Origin: a virus
IMG/VR virus record: IMGVR_UViG_3300017735_000002
Length of the DNA stretch: 64,000 nucleotides
Reading direction: 5' to 3' (one strand)
The notes beneath the pieces are model-generated. The model saw only the letters and a program-made list of their open reading frames with translations. It was not told the DNA's origin and ran no database searches. Shown piece after piece: positions 45,354 to 54,292 of this stretch (its first letter is position 1; every line of letters begins with the position of its first letter). Position numbers and translations under genes: made by a program.

Positions 45354-46358
45354 ATGACTACATTATTTAAAAGAATCTTAGAACAAAGAGTTAAACAAGA
45401 CAAAGACATTAAAGATAAAGAAGGTTCACAACCTGCAAAATATCATAGTGGTTTGTCTAAAGACACTAAACAAAAACGAGATGCACACTTTAAGGCAAAG
45501 AAAAGTGGACCTGCACCTGGTGATGATGAAGGTAAGACTAAGAAGTCAGTTCATACTAAGAAGTATGAAAAACAGTTTGGCGAAGAAACCGTGATAGTAG
45601 AAAAGATTACAGGTTTGGTAAACAAGGCAAAGAAATCAGGCATCTCATATGGTATTCTAAAGAAAGTTTACGATAGAGGATTGGCTGCATATAAGACTGG
45701 TCATAGACCTGGTACAACTGCACCACAATGGGCATTTGCCAGAGTGAATAGTTTTATCACTAAAGGTTCAGGCACATGGGGCAAGGCAGACAAAGACCTT
45801 GCAAACAAAGTTAGAGGTGAGTCATTCGTTGCAGACGAAGACTTCACAATGGACGAAGCATGTTGGGATGGTTACAAACAAGTTGGTACAAAAAAGAAAG
45901 GTGGAAAAGTAGTTCCTAATTGTGTGCCAGAAGAGACCGAGATAGAAGAGAACGCAAAAGTCAAAGCAATGTTAAGTAAGATGAAAGGTGTTTCATCTGC
46001 TCAGGCACAATTAATTGCACAAATACCAATACCTGTATTGACTCAAATATCACAGGCATTGGGTCAGTTAGTAATGGGCGAAGATACTGTAGAAGAAGAT
46101 AGAGATTACAAAAAAGAGTATGAGAACTATCAAGGCAAACCAGAACAAATCAAAAGACGAGCTGCAAGAAATTCAGCTAGAAATCAGTTAAAAGACAACA
46201 AAGACATAAAGGGTAAAGATGTTCATCATAAAGATAACAACCCAATGAATAATGATAAATCAAATCTATCAATAGTATCTAAAAACTATAATAGAAAAGA
46301 ACCTAGACTTAGAGAAAGACTAGTAAAACAGGGGATAATTAAAAATGGCAAAAGGTAA
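45354..46358 (+). CDS. mosaic late protein: DUF5824-like modules, CWxGY..PNCVP module, C-terminal HNH
   Basis: QPAKYHSGL, VYDRGLAAY..QWAFARVNSF, ACWDGYKQVG..VPNCVP, DVHHKDNNPMNN..NL..NYN. Confidence 0.75.
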   Translation: MTTLFKRILEQRVKQDKDIKDKEGSQPAKYHSGLSKDTKQKRDAHFKAKKSGPAPGDDEGKTKKSVHTKKYEKQFGEETVIVEKITGLVNKAKKSGISYGILKKVYDRGLAAYKTGHRPGTTAPQWAFARVNSFITKGSGTWGKADKDLANKVRGESFVADEDFTMDEACWDGYKQVGTKKKGGKVVPNCVPEETEIEENAKVKAMLSKMKGVSSAQAQLIAQIPIPVLTQISQALGQLVMGEDTVEEDRDYKKEYENYQGKPEQIKRRAARNSARNQLKDNKDIKGKDVHHKDNNPMNNDKSNLSIVSKNYNRKEPRLRERLVKQGIIKNGKR

Positions 46359-47226
46359 TAAAACAGACAATGGTGTTCATCTAATGGGTACAGATGAAAT
46401 GCTTGCCGCTTACAAGGCAGATACACCAGGTGAATTAGAAACATCTTATACTGAAAATGTAGACAAGATGATTAAGATTCAAGGTAAGAAGAACAAAGAA
46501 GGCAAGAAGAATCATATGTCTATGTTGTTTGATAATCCTTTAAAGGGATATCCTTACAATGAGTCAGTAGAACTAAAAGAACTTGAAGAAGAAATCGATG
46601 CACTGATTCTATCTGAAGCATTATCCAAAAAAATGAATATCCAAAAGTACGCAAAGAAAGTAGGATTTAATTCAGACGAAGTTCAATGGATTATGGACAA
46701 CGAAGATGAAGACCATTACGAAAATAATAGTGCCATGAAAAATGAGTGGAGTGCATTATCATATCCTATCAGAACAGGTGATTACTACTTTGCCTTCATT
46801 GGTGACCGTATGACTGATACCTCTATCACCAAAGCAAATAACAAAATGAATGATGCCATGAGAAAGTATTTTCAAATGGGTCAAAAGAAACTAGAAACAT
46901 TCTATGATGATGATGCAGAATACAGTAAAAAAGATATGCTCGCATCATACATGTGGAATGAAATGTCTCAGATATTTGAAAAACTACCTGCTGGTTTAGG
47001 CGCTGACGATACAATGACACGAGAATGTCTATACACTGCAATTAAACATATGACAGGCGATGGTGAGATTGTATTCGAACATACTACTATGGCAGATGAC
47101 ATAATCAACGAAGGTATGTTTAAGAATCTTGCAAAGGGTATCATGGGTAGAATTAGAAATAAACTTAGAAAAGTTAAAAAGAAAATCAAATTAGGCAAAA
47201 GAGCCAAAGATTTAATGGTGAAGTAA
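46345..47226 (+). CDS. mosaic late protein
   Basis: 293 aa, modules separated by PYNE/ILSE/IVFE/IINE. Confidence 0.75.
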   Translation: MAKGNKTDNGVHLMGTDEMLAAYKADTPGELETSYTENVDKMIKIQGKKNKEGKKNHMSMLFDNPLKGYPYNESVELKELEEEIDALILSEALSKKMNIQKYAKKVGFNSDEVQWIMDNEDEDHYENNSAMKNEWSALSYPIRTGDYYFAFIGDRMTDTSITKANNKMNDAMRKYFQMGQKKLETFYDDDAEYSKKDMLASYMWNEMSQIFEKLPAGLGADDTMTRECLYTAIKHMTGDGEIVFEHTTMADDIINEGMFKNLAKGIMGRIRNKLRKVKKKIKLGKRAKDLMVK

Positions 47227-47633
47227 TGATTAAGGATTTCAAGTCTTTATTCGAAGAAGAATCTACACCAGAAGTCATTTCTGAGGTAGACTCTATACAA
47301 ACTAGAATGAAGAAACGCAGAGCAATGCGTAAGAACAAAGCGAAGATTGCCTTTGCACGAAAGAAGGCAATGAAGAGAAAGATTCTAGACCCAAAGAAAC
47401 TTATGAAGAGGGCACAAAAACAAGCTCGAAGTAAGATTGCCTCAAGAATTCTAAAAGGTAAAAACAAAGCAGAATTGGGTATGGGTCAAAAGAGGGCTCT
47501 AGAAAAGATACTCGATAAGAAAACAAAAGCAATATCTAAACTTGCCAAGAAGATGTTGAAAGTCGTAAGACAAAAAGAAATGAACAAAGGCAAAAAGACA
47601 TTAAAAGATATTGCACCAGGTAACGCAAAATGA
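47226..47633 (+). CDS. highly basic late protein
   Basis: N-terminus MIKDFKSLFEE, VISE, then Lys/Arg-rich helices. Confidence 0.75.
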   Translation: MIKDFKSLFEEESTPEVISEVDSIQTRMKKRRAMRKNKAKIAFARKKAMKRKILDPKKLMKRAQKQARSKIASRILKGKNKAELGMGQKRALEKILDKKTKAISKLAKKMLKVVRQKEMNKGKKTLKDIAPGNAK

Positions 47634-48175
47634 AGATAAACACATTCAAGGGCATGGCAATCGATGACACATTGAGAGACTTGCAGATGACAGAAACAAA
47701 TCTATTAGATAATCCATTCAGACTAGGTTCAATGATGTACTTTGAAGTAATCAAAGAGGCAAAAAAACTAGTTGCAGAAGGAAGATACAATCTTACAGAG
47801 ATAGATAAACAAGTCTTAGAAACAAACTTAGGTGAGTATGATATCTATGAGAATGAACTTGTACCTCTAGATTGTCCTATGATGGAGATGAACGAAGAAG
47901 AAGATAAAGATGTTGCAATAGGTAAACCTAAAGCAGGCGGGCCTAAGAAGTTCTATGTCTATGTTAAAGACGGTGACAAGACAAAGAAAGTCACATTCGG
48001 AGATACATCAGGTCTATCAGTAAAATTTAAAGACCCTAAGGCAAGAGCATCATATGTCGCAAGACATAATTGTGATACTGCAAATGATAAAACCACACCA
48101 GGATATTGGTCATGTAGACTACCAAGATACGCAAAACAACTTGGTCTGAGTGGTGGTGGTTCATTTTTCTGGTAA
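47630..48175 (+). CDS. two-module late protein
   Basis: NPFRLGS module; after EMNEEE a KKFYVYVK..VTFGD..RHNC..GYWSC module. Confidence 0.75.
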   Translation: MKINTFKGMAIDDTLRDLQMTETNLLDNPFRLGSMMYFEVIKEAKKLVAEGRYNLTEIDKQVLETNLGEYDIYENELVPLDCPMMEMNEEEDKDVAIGKPKAGGPKKFYVYVKDGDKTKKVTFGDTSGLSVKFKDPKARASYVARHNCDTANDKTTPGYWSCRLPRYAKQLGLSGGGSFFW

Positions 48176-48197
48176 AAAATAACACCTAAATATTTGT

Positions 48198-48479
48198 ATG
48201 AAACCATACAGAGAACGAATAGAAGAACAACATGGTACAGGTCGAGAGTTCATATATCGAACATTCGAACCAAATATACTAGATGACGAACTCGTTTGGC
48301 ACAGAGATAAAAAGAATCGATGTGTACATGTATTAAGTGGAAGTGGTTGGCAATTACAATTAGATGACAAATTGCCTAAAGATTTAACAATAGGATTAGA
48401 TTACTACATACCCAAGATGACTTATCATAGAGTCATTAAAGGTACTAGTGACCTAGTCGTAAGGATTGAGAACATATAA
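48198..48479 (+). CDS. cupin-like protein
   Basis: ELVWHRD, GSGWQLQLD, IPKMTYHRVIKG; CCTAAATA 5 nt upstream. Confidence 0.75.
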   Translation: MKPYRERIEEQHGTGREFIYRTFEPNILDDELVWHRDKKNRCVHVLSGSGWQLQLDDKLPKDLTIGLDYYIPKMTYHRVIKGTSDLVVRIENI

Positions 48480-48490
48480 ATAACTATATC

Positions 48491-48856
48491 ATGGAAAACA
48501 AAACTTGGAAAGATAAACTAGAAGAAGTAAGAGGTTTTAACAAGACCGAAACTTCTCCAGCAATTATAGATGAGAAATTAACATCTGATGAAATCGAGGA
48601 AATGCTTAAAGAAGAGTTCAAAGAACTTGCAGAGGGCGAAAAGACGGCAGTGGAGTCACTCGAAGAAAAACGAGACAGACTCAAAGAAGAACTCGCACAC
48701 ATAGAAGAAGAGATTGCTACATCTAATGAGTCAGTTGAAAAAACCATAGAAAAATTAACAGAAAGAAATATGCTTGGCAGACTTGCTAAGTCTTTAAAAC
48801 TTAATGAAACTGGTAAACAGAAGATGTTTGACTATTTCGAACAAGGGGAACTATAA
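48491..48856 (+). CDS. acidic coiled-coil late protein
   Basis: TATAAATA at 48475; Glu-rich helices. Confidence 0.75.
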   Translation: MENKTWKDKLEEVRGFNKTETSPAIIDEKLTSDEIEEMLKEEFKELAEGEKTAVESLEEKRDRLKEELAHIEEEIATSNESVEKTIEKLTERNMLGRLAKSLKLNETGKQKMFDYFEQGEL

Positions 48857-49620
48857 TGAAATTAACAGATAAGGGTGTATCAGACCAATTAGTTGCTGAT
48901 ATGAGAACCATGTTAGAGGGTCATCTATCAGAAGAACCGTTTAATGCAAATGCAGCTCTAAAGAAACAAAGAATCAAGGGTATGCAAGACAAACTCGAAA
49001 ATCTAAGAACACAAAGACAACGAGCTGATGATTCTGCTAAACAGGCAAGAGACCAAGGTAGAGATGACGCCGCTGATGACCACGAACATAAGGGCGATAG
49101 AATTAACAACAATATCAGAGACCTTAAGGCAAAGATAAGAGATGAGATGAATGAAGACAACACCAATGACAAGTCAGACGATGGTGAAGGTCTAGATAAA
49201 GTTAAAAAAGATGCAGTTAAGAAGAAGTTTGCAGACCGTAAAGACAAAGACATTGACAATGATGGCGACACTGATTCTTCAGACGAATATCTTCATAAGA
49301 AAAGACAGGCAATCTCCAAGAAAATGGATGAGGGCGAATTACCACCTGCATTGAAAAAGGCAATCGATAAGAAGAAAGGTGAAGACGATGAAGAAGAAGT
49401 CGAAGAAGGAAAATTACCACCTGCTCTTCAGAAAGCAATAGACAAGAAGAAAGGTAAAGATACAGACGATGATGAGAAAGAAGTCGAAGAGGGCAAAGAC
49501 AAAATCAAATATCGTGGTAATCTAAAAGATTTGAAGGCAATGAAAGAAGACTTCATGATAATCATAGAGAAGTACGGATTAGACCAAGTTAAGACTATTA
49601 TCAATTCAATCGAGAAATAA
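48856..49620 (+). CDS. charged low-complexity late protein (prohead-core-like)
   Basis: DKDIDNDGDTDSSD loop; tandem EGxLPPALxKAIDKKKG. Confidence 0.75.
   Translation: MKLTDKGVSDQLVADMRTMLEGHLSEEPFNANAALKKQRIKGMQDKLENLRTQRQRADDSAKQARDQGRDDAADDHEHKGDRINNNIRDLKAKIRDEMNEDNTNDKSDDGEGLDKVKKDAVKKKFADRKDKDIDNDGDTDSSDEYLHKKRQAISKKMDEGELPPALKKAIDKKKGEDDEEEVEEGKLPPALQKAIDKKKGKDTDDDEKEVEEGKDKIKYRGNLKDLKAMKEDFMIIIEKYGLDQVKTIINSIEK
49330..49456 (+). repeat. diverged tandem coding repeat
   Basis: EGELPPALKKAIDKKKG and EGKLPPALQKAIDKKKG with synonymous divergence. Confidence 0.8.
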
Positions 49621-49621
49621 C

Positions 49622-51100
49622 ATGAATCTGTTTCAAGAGGCAAAGTCAGTTTTAGACAAGGACGGTAAAGTAAATCCTTTAGGTCCTTACGGCAAACAAA
49701 AACTCACAGGTAGAGAAACATCTGCCTATTTTCGTAGAAACAAAGTAAAACCAGGCGATATCAAGAAAGCAGTAGAAGTTGCACTTGACCTTGGTGGTGC
49801 AGATACTATTGCAAGACAAGAAATTAAAAAGTTCTTTGGTGATAAGATTCTTAAATCAAAAGAAGTTCAAAACGCATTACAATACGCAAACGAAGAGACA
49901 TTCAGAGATGACCTTAACAATTTAGATGAGGGTTCATTCTATGGTAGAGATGACTTAGTTAAACAATTTGCTACACCCAAAAATAAAAAACACCTCTTTG
50001 TAAAATTAAGAAAGACTGATTCTAAAGGCACACATGGTGTCAGTATGGCAAAAAAGGGCAACGAGAAGAAGATTGCTGATTATAAAAGACAAGGGTACAA
50101 AGAAGTACCAGTAGAATCTGTAGAAGAGGGTTTCAAACCTTACAATGACAAACAGTATCCTAGATGTGTAGACTTCTACATTCAGTTTAGAGGTGGTAAA
50201 GGAGACAGAATCACTTCGCCAGAAAATAAGAAAGATTTTGAAACTGCAAAGAAGATGATTGATACATATTGCAGAACAAACAAAATCAAACAGAAACCAG
50301 TTTACTCAACACCTGAAGAGGGTTCAAGTGCATACAAAGTCGGTCTTATGATTGACAGTACTTACAGTAAAACATCTGATTATAAAGACGGCAAAGACTT
50401 GCAACCTTTATATGTATCATTAAGTAAACTAAAGACCGCAGAAGACCACGGTGGTGGTTGGAGTCAAGCAGTAATTAAAGAAGAAACAGATTTAACAGAG
50501 AACTATAGAAAACTCGCACAACATGGTATGGGTGCAGAGGGTAAGAAAGATATCAAAACTGGTACAGGTGTAGATTTCTATGAACCTAAACAAGGTAATA
50601 AGAGACAAGGTAAAGTCACTAAGATGACTGCTACTGGTTACTCAGTTAAAGATGAGAAAGATGGTAAAACATATACATTTATGTACCACGACAGAATGAA
50701 GGCAAAGAAACTTCTTCAGAAGAAAGATAAACTATCTAACATCATTAAGAAGAACACCATCCAGAAAGGTAAGTTCGCTGGATACATGACTGATTCAGTA
50801 GAAGAGGCACAACAAGGTGCAAGACAGTCTATTATGGACACATATAGAAATATATGGGAAGAAGACTTACAAGAAGAGATGATTACTTACAGAGTTAAGA
50901 AGATGCATCCTGCTGAAAAGAAAAAGTTCGAACAGTCAGGAAAGATGATGGGTCTAAAAGTCACCATGAATACTAACAAACAAGATACATTAGTTGTTAT
51001 GAGTGGCACTAAGAAGAAACTCAGAGACTTCGACTCAGTTGCAAGAGGTAAATCATCATATGGTGATCCTTCAACAGTATCACACTTTGACGAGAAGTAA
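49622..51100 (+). CDS. multi-module late protein
   Basis: 492 aa; junctions LFQE, YANE, NLDE, SVEE, VIKE, DLTE, SVEE, DLQE. Confidence 0.8.
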   Translation: MNLFQEAKSVLDKDGKVNPLGPYGKQKLTGRETSAYFRRNKVKPGDIKKAVEVALDLGGADTIARQEIKKFFGDKILKSKEVQNALQYANEETFRDDLNNLDEGSFYGRDDLVKQFATPKNKKHLFVKLRKTDSKGTHGVSMAKKGNEKKIADYKRQGYKEVPVESVEEGFKPYNDKQYPRCVDFYIQFRGGKGDRITSPENKKDFETAKKMIDTYCRTNKIKQKPVYSTPEEGSSAYKVGLMIDSTYSKTSDYKDGKDLQPLYVSLSKLKTAEDHGGGWSQAVIKEETDLTENYRKLAQHGMGAEGKKDIKTGTGVDFYEPKQGNKRQGKVTKMTATGYSVKDEKDGKTYTFMYHDRMKAKKLLQKKDKLSNIIKKNTIQKGKFAGYMTDSVEEAQQGARQSIMDTYRNIWEEDLQEEMITYRVKKMHPAEKKKFEQSGKMMGLKVTMNTNKQDTLVVMSGTKKKLRDFDSVARGKSSYGDPSTVSHFDEK

Positions 51101-51101
51101 T

Positions 51102-51428
51102 ATGACATATAAAAGTCTAGTACAAGTAATTAAAGAACACAATGATGGCAAAGAAGAAATCATTGAAAGAATAAACTTTCATGGGAAAAGTCCTGCTGAG
51201 AAAAAGGGTTCAGAGTTCAATAGAAAACAAGAAATCAATGGTTATAAAAAGATTTTAAAGACTATTGAAAAGATTAACAAAGACCACGAGAAGTTTCAAT
51301 ATAACAATCGTGCAGACGGACCATCTAATATATTTAAAGGTCTACAACAAGTTGAAAGAACATGCTATGACTTGATACGAGAAATTGAACAAGGCAAATG
51401 GGATGGTAAAGTGGACTTAGAAGAATAA
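51102..51428 (+). CDS. late hypothetical protein
   Basis: Start moved to ATG 51102: MTYKSLVQVIKE. Confidence 0.7.
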   Translation: MTYKSLVQVIKEHNDGKEEIIERINFHGKSPAEKKGSEFNRKQEINGYKKILKTIEKINKDHEKFQYNNRADGPSNIFKGLQQVERTCYDLIREIEQGKWDGKVDLEE

Positions 51429-51988
51429 TGGAAAAAGTAGACGCCAGAACAAGAATGTTTAAAGAAAAGTTGAAGAGACTCAACTATAAAAAACATATTA
51501 CAGATGCAATTGAGGCATCATCAAATGTCAAACAAGTAATGGAAAAGATTGCTGACTTTGGTATGATGTCAGATGCAGGTAATAAAAAAATTGCTCGTGC
51601 TGTTGCACAATCTAAGAACGAGAAAGATTTAAGAGCAAAATTAGATAAAATATCTAAAATGGCAAAGGGTAAGTATGCAGAGGCAGAAGAGGATGAAGTC
51701 TTCAATCGTGCCATGGATGCAATGCAATCGAAGGCAACTGGTGTACAGAATAGACCAGATGCAACGATGTTAATACAACTTCGTAAATTCAAAGATGGAA
51801 CCAAAGATGGTGAAGTTAGAACAGATGATATGAAGAAGATTAAAGTAAAAAATGCAGATGCAGTCAAAGTTCATGACACTTTAATGAAGGTTCGAGCACC
51901 AATTCGAACTAAATACTTACAACTATTACAAAAAGACAAAAACACTTTTAGTAAAACATTTAATGCAATCTTAAAGGTTGCGAAATAG
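51428..51988 (+). CDS. late hypothetical protein
   Basis: MEKVDARTRMFKEKL.. basic/helical; TAATG overlap. Confidence 0.75.
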   Translation: MEKVDARTRMFKEKLKRLNYKKHITDAIEASSNVKQVMEKIADFGMMSDAGNKKIARAVAQSKNEKDLRAKLDKISKMAKGKYAEAEEDEVFNRAMDAMQSKATGVQNRPDATMLIQLRKFKDGTKDGEVRTDDMKKIKVKNADAVKVHDTLMKVRAPIRTKYLQLLQKDKNTFSKTFNAILKVAK

Positions 51989-51997
51989 GAGAATAAA

Positions 51998-52543
51998 ATG
52001 GCATTATGGGGAATTTCAGATGCAGACGAATCGAAACCTAAGTGGTTAAACGATGCAGATAAGAAGAAAGTTTACGCTGACGCTAGTGGTTGGAGATTTG
52101 AAAACCCTAAAAGTGGCGCAACAGATGAAGTCTTATGTGCAGTAAGTGGACTTGCAGTTTCAATTGGTTCTGCTGATATTACAGAAATAGAATTTATTTC
52201 AACAGCATTTGATAAATCAGCGGGTGGAACATTATCCGTACGAGTTAGATTTAACGAGGCAGTTGCAGTCACAGGCACACCACAACTTACAGTTGTAAAT
52301 GACCAAAGAGCAAATCATGTATTATCATACGCAAGTGGTACAGGTTCTAACGAACTAGTATTCAGTCTTGTAATTGGTGCAGCTAACGCTGCTACAAATG
52401 CAGGTGATGTTCTAAGTATTGGTGCAAATGCAATGGCATTAAACAGTGGTACTGTAAAAGATAACGGTACTTCTACAAACGCAACTATTACCAATATCGC
52501 AGGAATTGGTACTGCTGCTGGTACAATTACAGTAGTTGCATAG
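51998..52543 (+). CDS. virion structural protein with Ig-like domain
   Basis: MALWG N-terminus; VRVRFNEAVAVTGTPQL, YASGTGSNELVF Ig-like strands; Ala/Gly/Thr-rich. Confidence 0.7.
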   Translation: MALWGISDADESKPKWLNDADKKKVYADASGWRFENPKSGATDEVLCAVSGLAVSIGSADITEIEFISTAFDKSAGGTLSVRVRFNEAVAVTGTPQLTVVNDQRANHVLSYASGTGSNELVFSLVIGAANAATNAGDVLSIGANAMALNSGTVKDNGTSTNATITNIAGIGTAAGTITVVA

Positions 52544-52552
52544 TAGAAGACT

Positions 52553-52780
52553 ATGGCATATGTAGTCGTTCCAGGTTCGAATAATTTATGGCAGTATGAT
52601 AATGCTGCCGTAAAATCTGATTCAGATACTTACAACGAATCAAATGGTACGGTTGCAAACGGCATTAGAACATTCACTACACCAGGTGGTAATGTCGAAA
52701 GGGTCTACATTAAGTGTAGAAAAGTTGGTGAAACAATAGTTCGTGGTGAGTTGAATAAAAACTACTACGATGCACAATAG
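52553..52780 (+). CDS. hypothetical protein
   Basis: 75 aa; VPGSNNLWQYDN. Confidence 0.7.
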   Translation: MAYVVVPGSNNLWQYDNAAVKSDSDTYNESNGTVANGIRTFTTPGGNVERVYIKCRKVGETIVRGELNKNYYDAQ

Positions 52781-52788
52781 GAAAAATT

Positions 52789-53208
52789 ATGAAATCATTT
52801 AACGAATATTTAATTGAAAATTTAGGTGGGGACTTTGGTTTAGACTCAACAGTACCTTACGACATAGATTCCCAGGCAGTTAAGAACAAACTTAATGCAG
52901 TTTTGGGTCATGTTGCAGTGTCAGAGTTTATGAATCCTCTCGCCGCTATTCAACAAATGGAATCAAAACTCTCTCAAATGGGTCTACATAAGAAAGTTCA
53001 AGTAGAAGGACATGGTGTAGTACAAGATGAAGAGTTCTCAGGTTCAGGTGAATTAAACTTAGAGTTTACTCAATTTGGTGGGGTGTTTGGTAAATCAGTA
53101 GATACACCTATCGATGAGATTGAGAAAGAAGAAAGAAACATTTCTCTCAAAGTTAAATATGAACAGTTAGAAACTGGTTCATTCAAAGTTTACGGTTCAA
53201 TCGTTTAA
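52789..53208 (+). CDS. late protein with internal-protein-like N-terminus
   Basis: MKSFNEYLIE; QFGGVFGK. Confidence 0.75.
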   Translation: MKSFNEYLIENLGGDFGLDSTVPYDIDSQAVKNKLNAVLGHVAVSEFMNPLAAIQQMESKLSQMGLHKKVQVEGHGVVQDEEFSGSGELNLEFTQFGGVFGKSVDTPIDEIEKEERNISLKVKYEQLETGSFKVYGSIV

Positions 53209-53265
53209 ACTTCTTTAGTTGAGTCTACTAAATACTAGTAGACACAACAACTAAACAATTATATT

Positions 53266-53637
53266 ATGGGTCTATTTGACAAAATCACAGCAAAAAACTT
53301 TAACGCATACGCACATAAGCATTATGATGACCCCCAATGTGAAGACATTGAGGACTTTAATGAAGACTTGCGTAGGTTTAGATATCTAAAACGACTACTT
53401 CATCGTTACCATGAGAATGGTGAATTAAGAGAACGCCTCATGTTGAATCATATTATATGTTTATTCAATGTGTTTGGATTTGAGGCATGTATGAGAATGT
53501 TGCAGTTTAAGATTAAAGAAGAAGAACATTGGTCATCTATAAAGACTATGTTGTTATATCTTGAACTCATACAAGAAGGTTGGTTGATAAACTACCCTAT
53601 AGATGATAAACTTGCACAACGATTGAGAGAACTGTAG
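53266..53637 (+). CDS. conserved T4-like hypothetical protein
   Basis: HYDDPQC..DFNEDLRRFRYLKRLL..LNHIICLFNVFG; ACTAAATA at 53227. Confidence 0.75.
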   Translation: MGLFDKITAKNFNAYAHKHYDDPQCEDIEDFNEDLRRFRYLKRLLHRYHENGELRERLMLNHIICLFNVFGFEACMRMLQFKIKEEEHWSSIKTMLLYLELIQEGWLINYPIDDKLAQRLREL

Positions 53638-53662
53638 TCATTCAGATTGCATAAATAGATAT

Positions 53663-54292
53663 ATGGTCGGAAGAGTAATAGACAGTTTAATCGTATTCAG
53701 GATTCTTAAGATGTTGACAACACCTTTTGAGAAGACACCTGCCTACAAGTTTGGGTTCATTGACCAGAATGGTGTAAGAGTCAAGTTCATAACAGACCCA
53801 GAAAATAAGAATCAAAAACTTGCAAACAACCCCAAGACAAAAGAAGAGAAGAACTCTCTCACACCTTTACATAGATTAGTATTCAATCTAAAGAAACTAA
53901 TTAGAAAAGTGCCTGGTGGTAAGTCACAATTGGCATCATATGCAGTTGCACTTGGTTTACTCAAAGAACATACTAACTTAGATTCAGAACAGGCAGACCA
54001 GTTGTATGAAGACTTTTATAGATTACTGAAAGACGAAGATGCATTTCAACCAGAGATGATTGAAGAGGCACAAGACATTGGTAAACTATGTTCTCTAAAA
54101 ATGCATGGTTCTGATTATCATCTAAGAACTCAAATCAAACAGAACTTTGATGAGAATGAAGAAATCAAAATATATCCAGAAAAATCAACAGTCACCAATG
54201 TTGCAGAACATAGTATAGGTTATGGTGTACTAATATATGAGGGGTACATAGGGGAAGATAGAGTCCTGTTTACCGCAGAAGATGTATATTAA
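53663..54292 (+). CDS. conserved T4-like protein (gp61.1-like N-terminus)
   Basis: FRILKMLTTPFEKTPAYKFGFIDQNG, TPLHRLVFNLKKL; CATAAATA 5 nt upstream. Confidence 0.65.
   Translation: MVGRVIDSLIVFRILKMLTTPFEKTPAYKFGFIDQNGVRVKFITDPENKNQKLANNPKTKEEKNSLTPLHRLVFNLKKLIRKVPGGKSQLASYAVALGLLKEHTNLDSEQADQLYEDFYRLLKDEDAFQPEMIEEAQDIGKLCSLKMHGSDYHLRTQIKQNFDENEEIKIYPEKSTVTNVAEHSIGYGVLIYEGYIGEDRVLFTAEDVY

Noticed and set aside
46100-46358. HNH domain as a free-standing homing endonuclease
   Set aside because: It is the short last module of a mosaic late protein, with no separate start or DNA-binding extension
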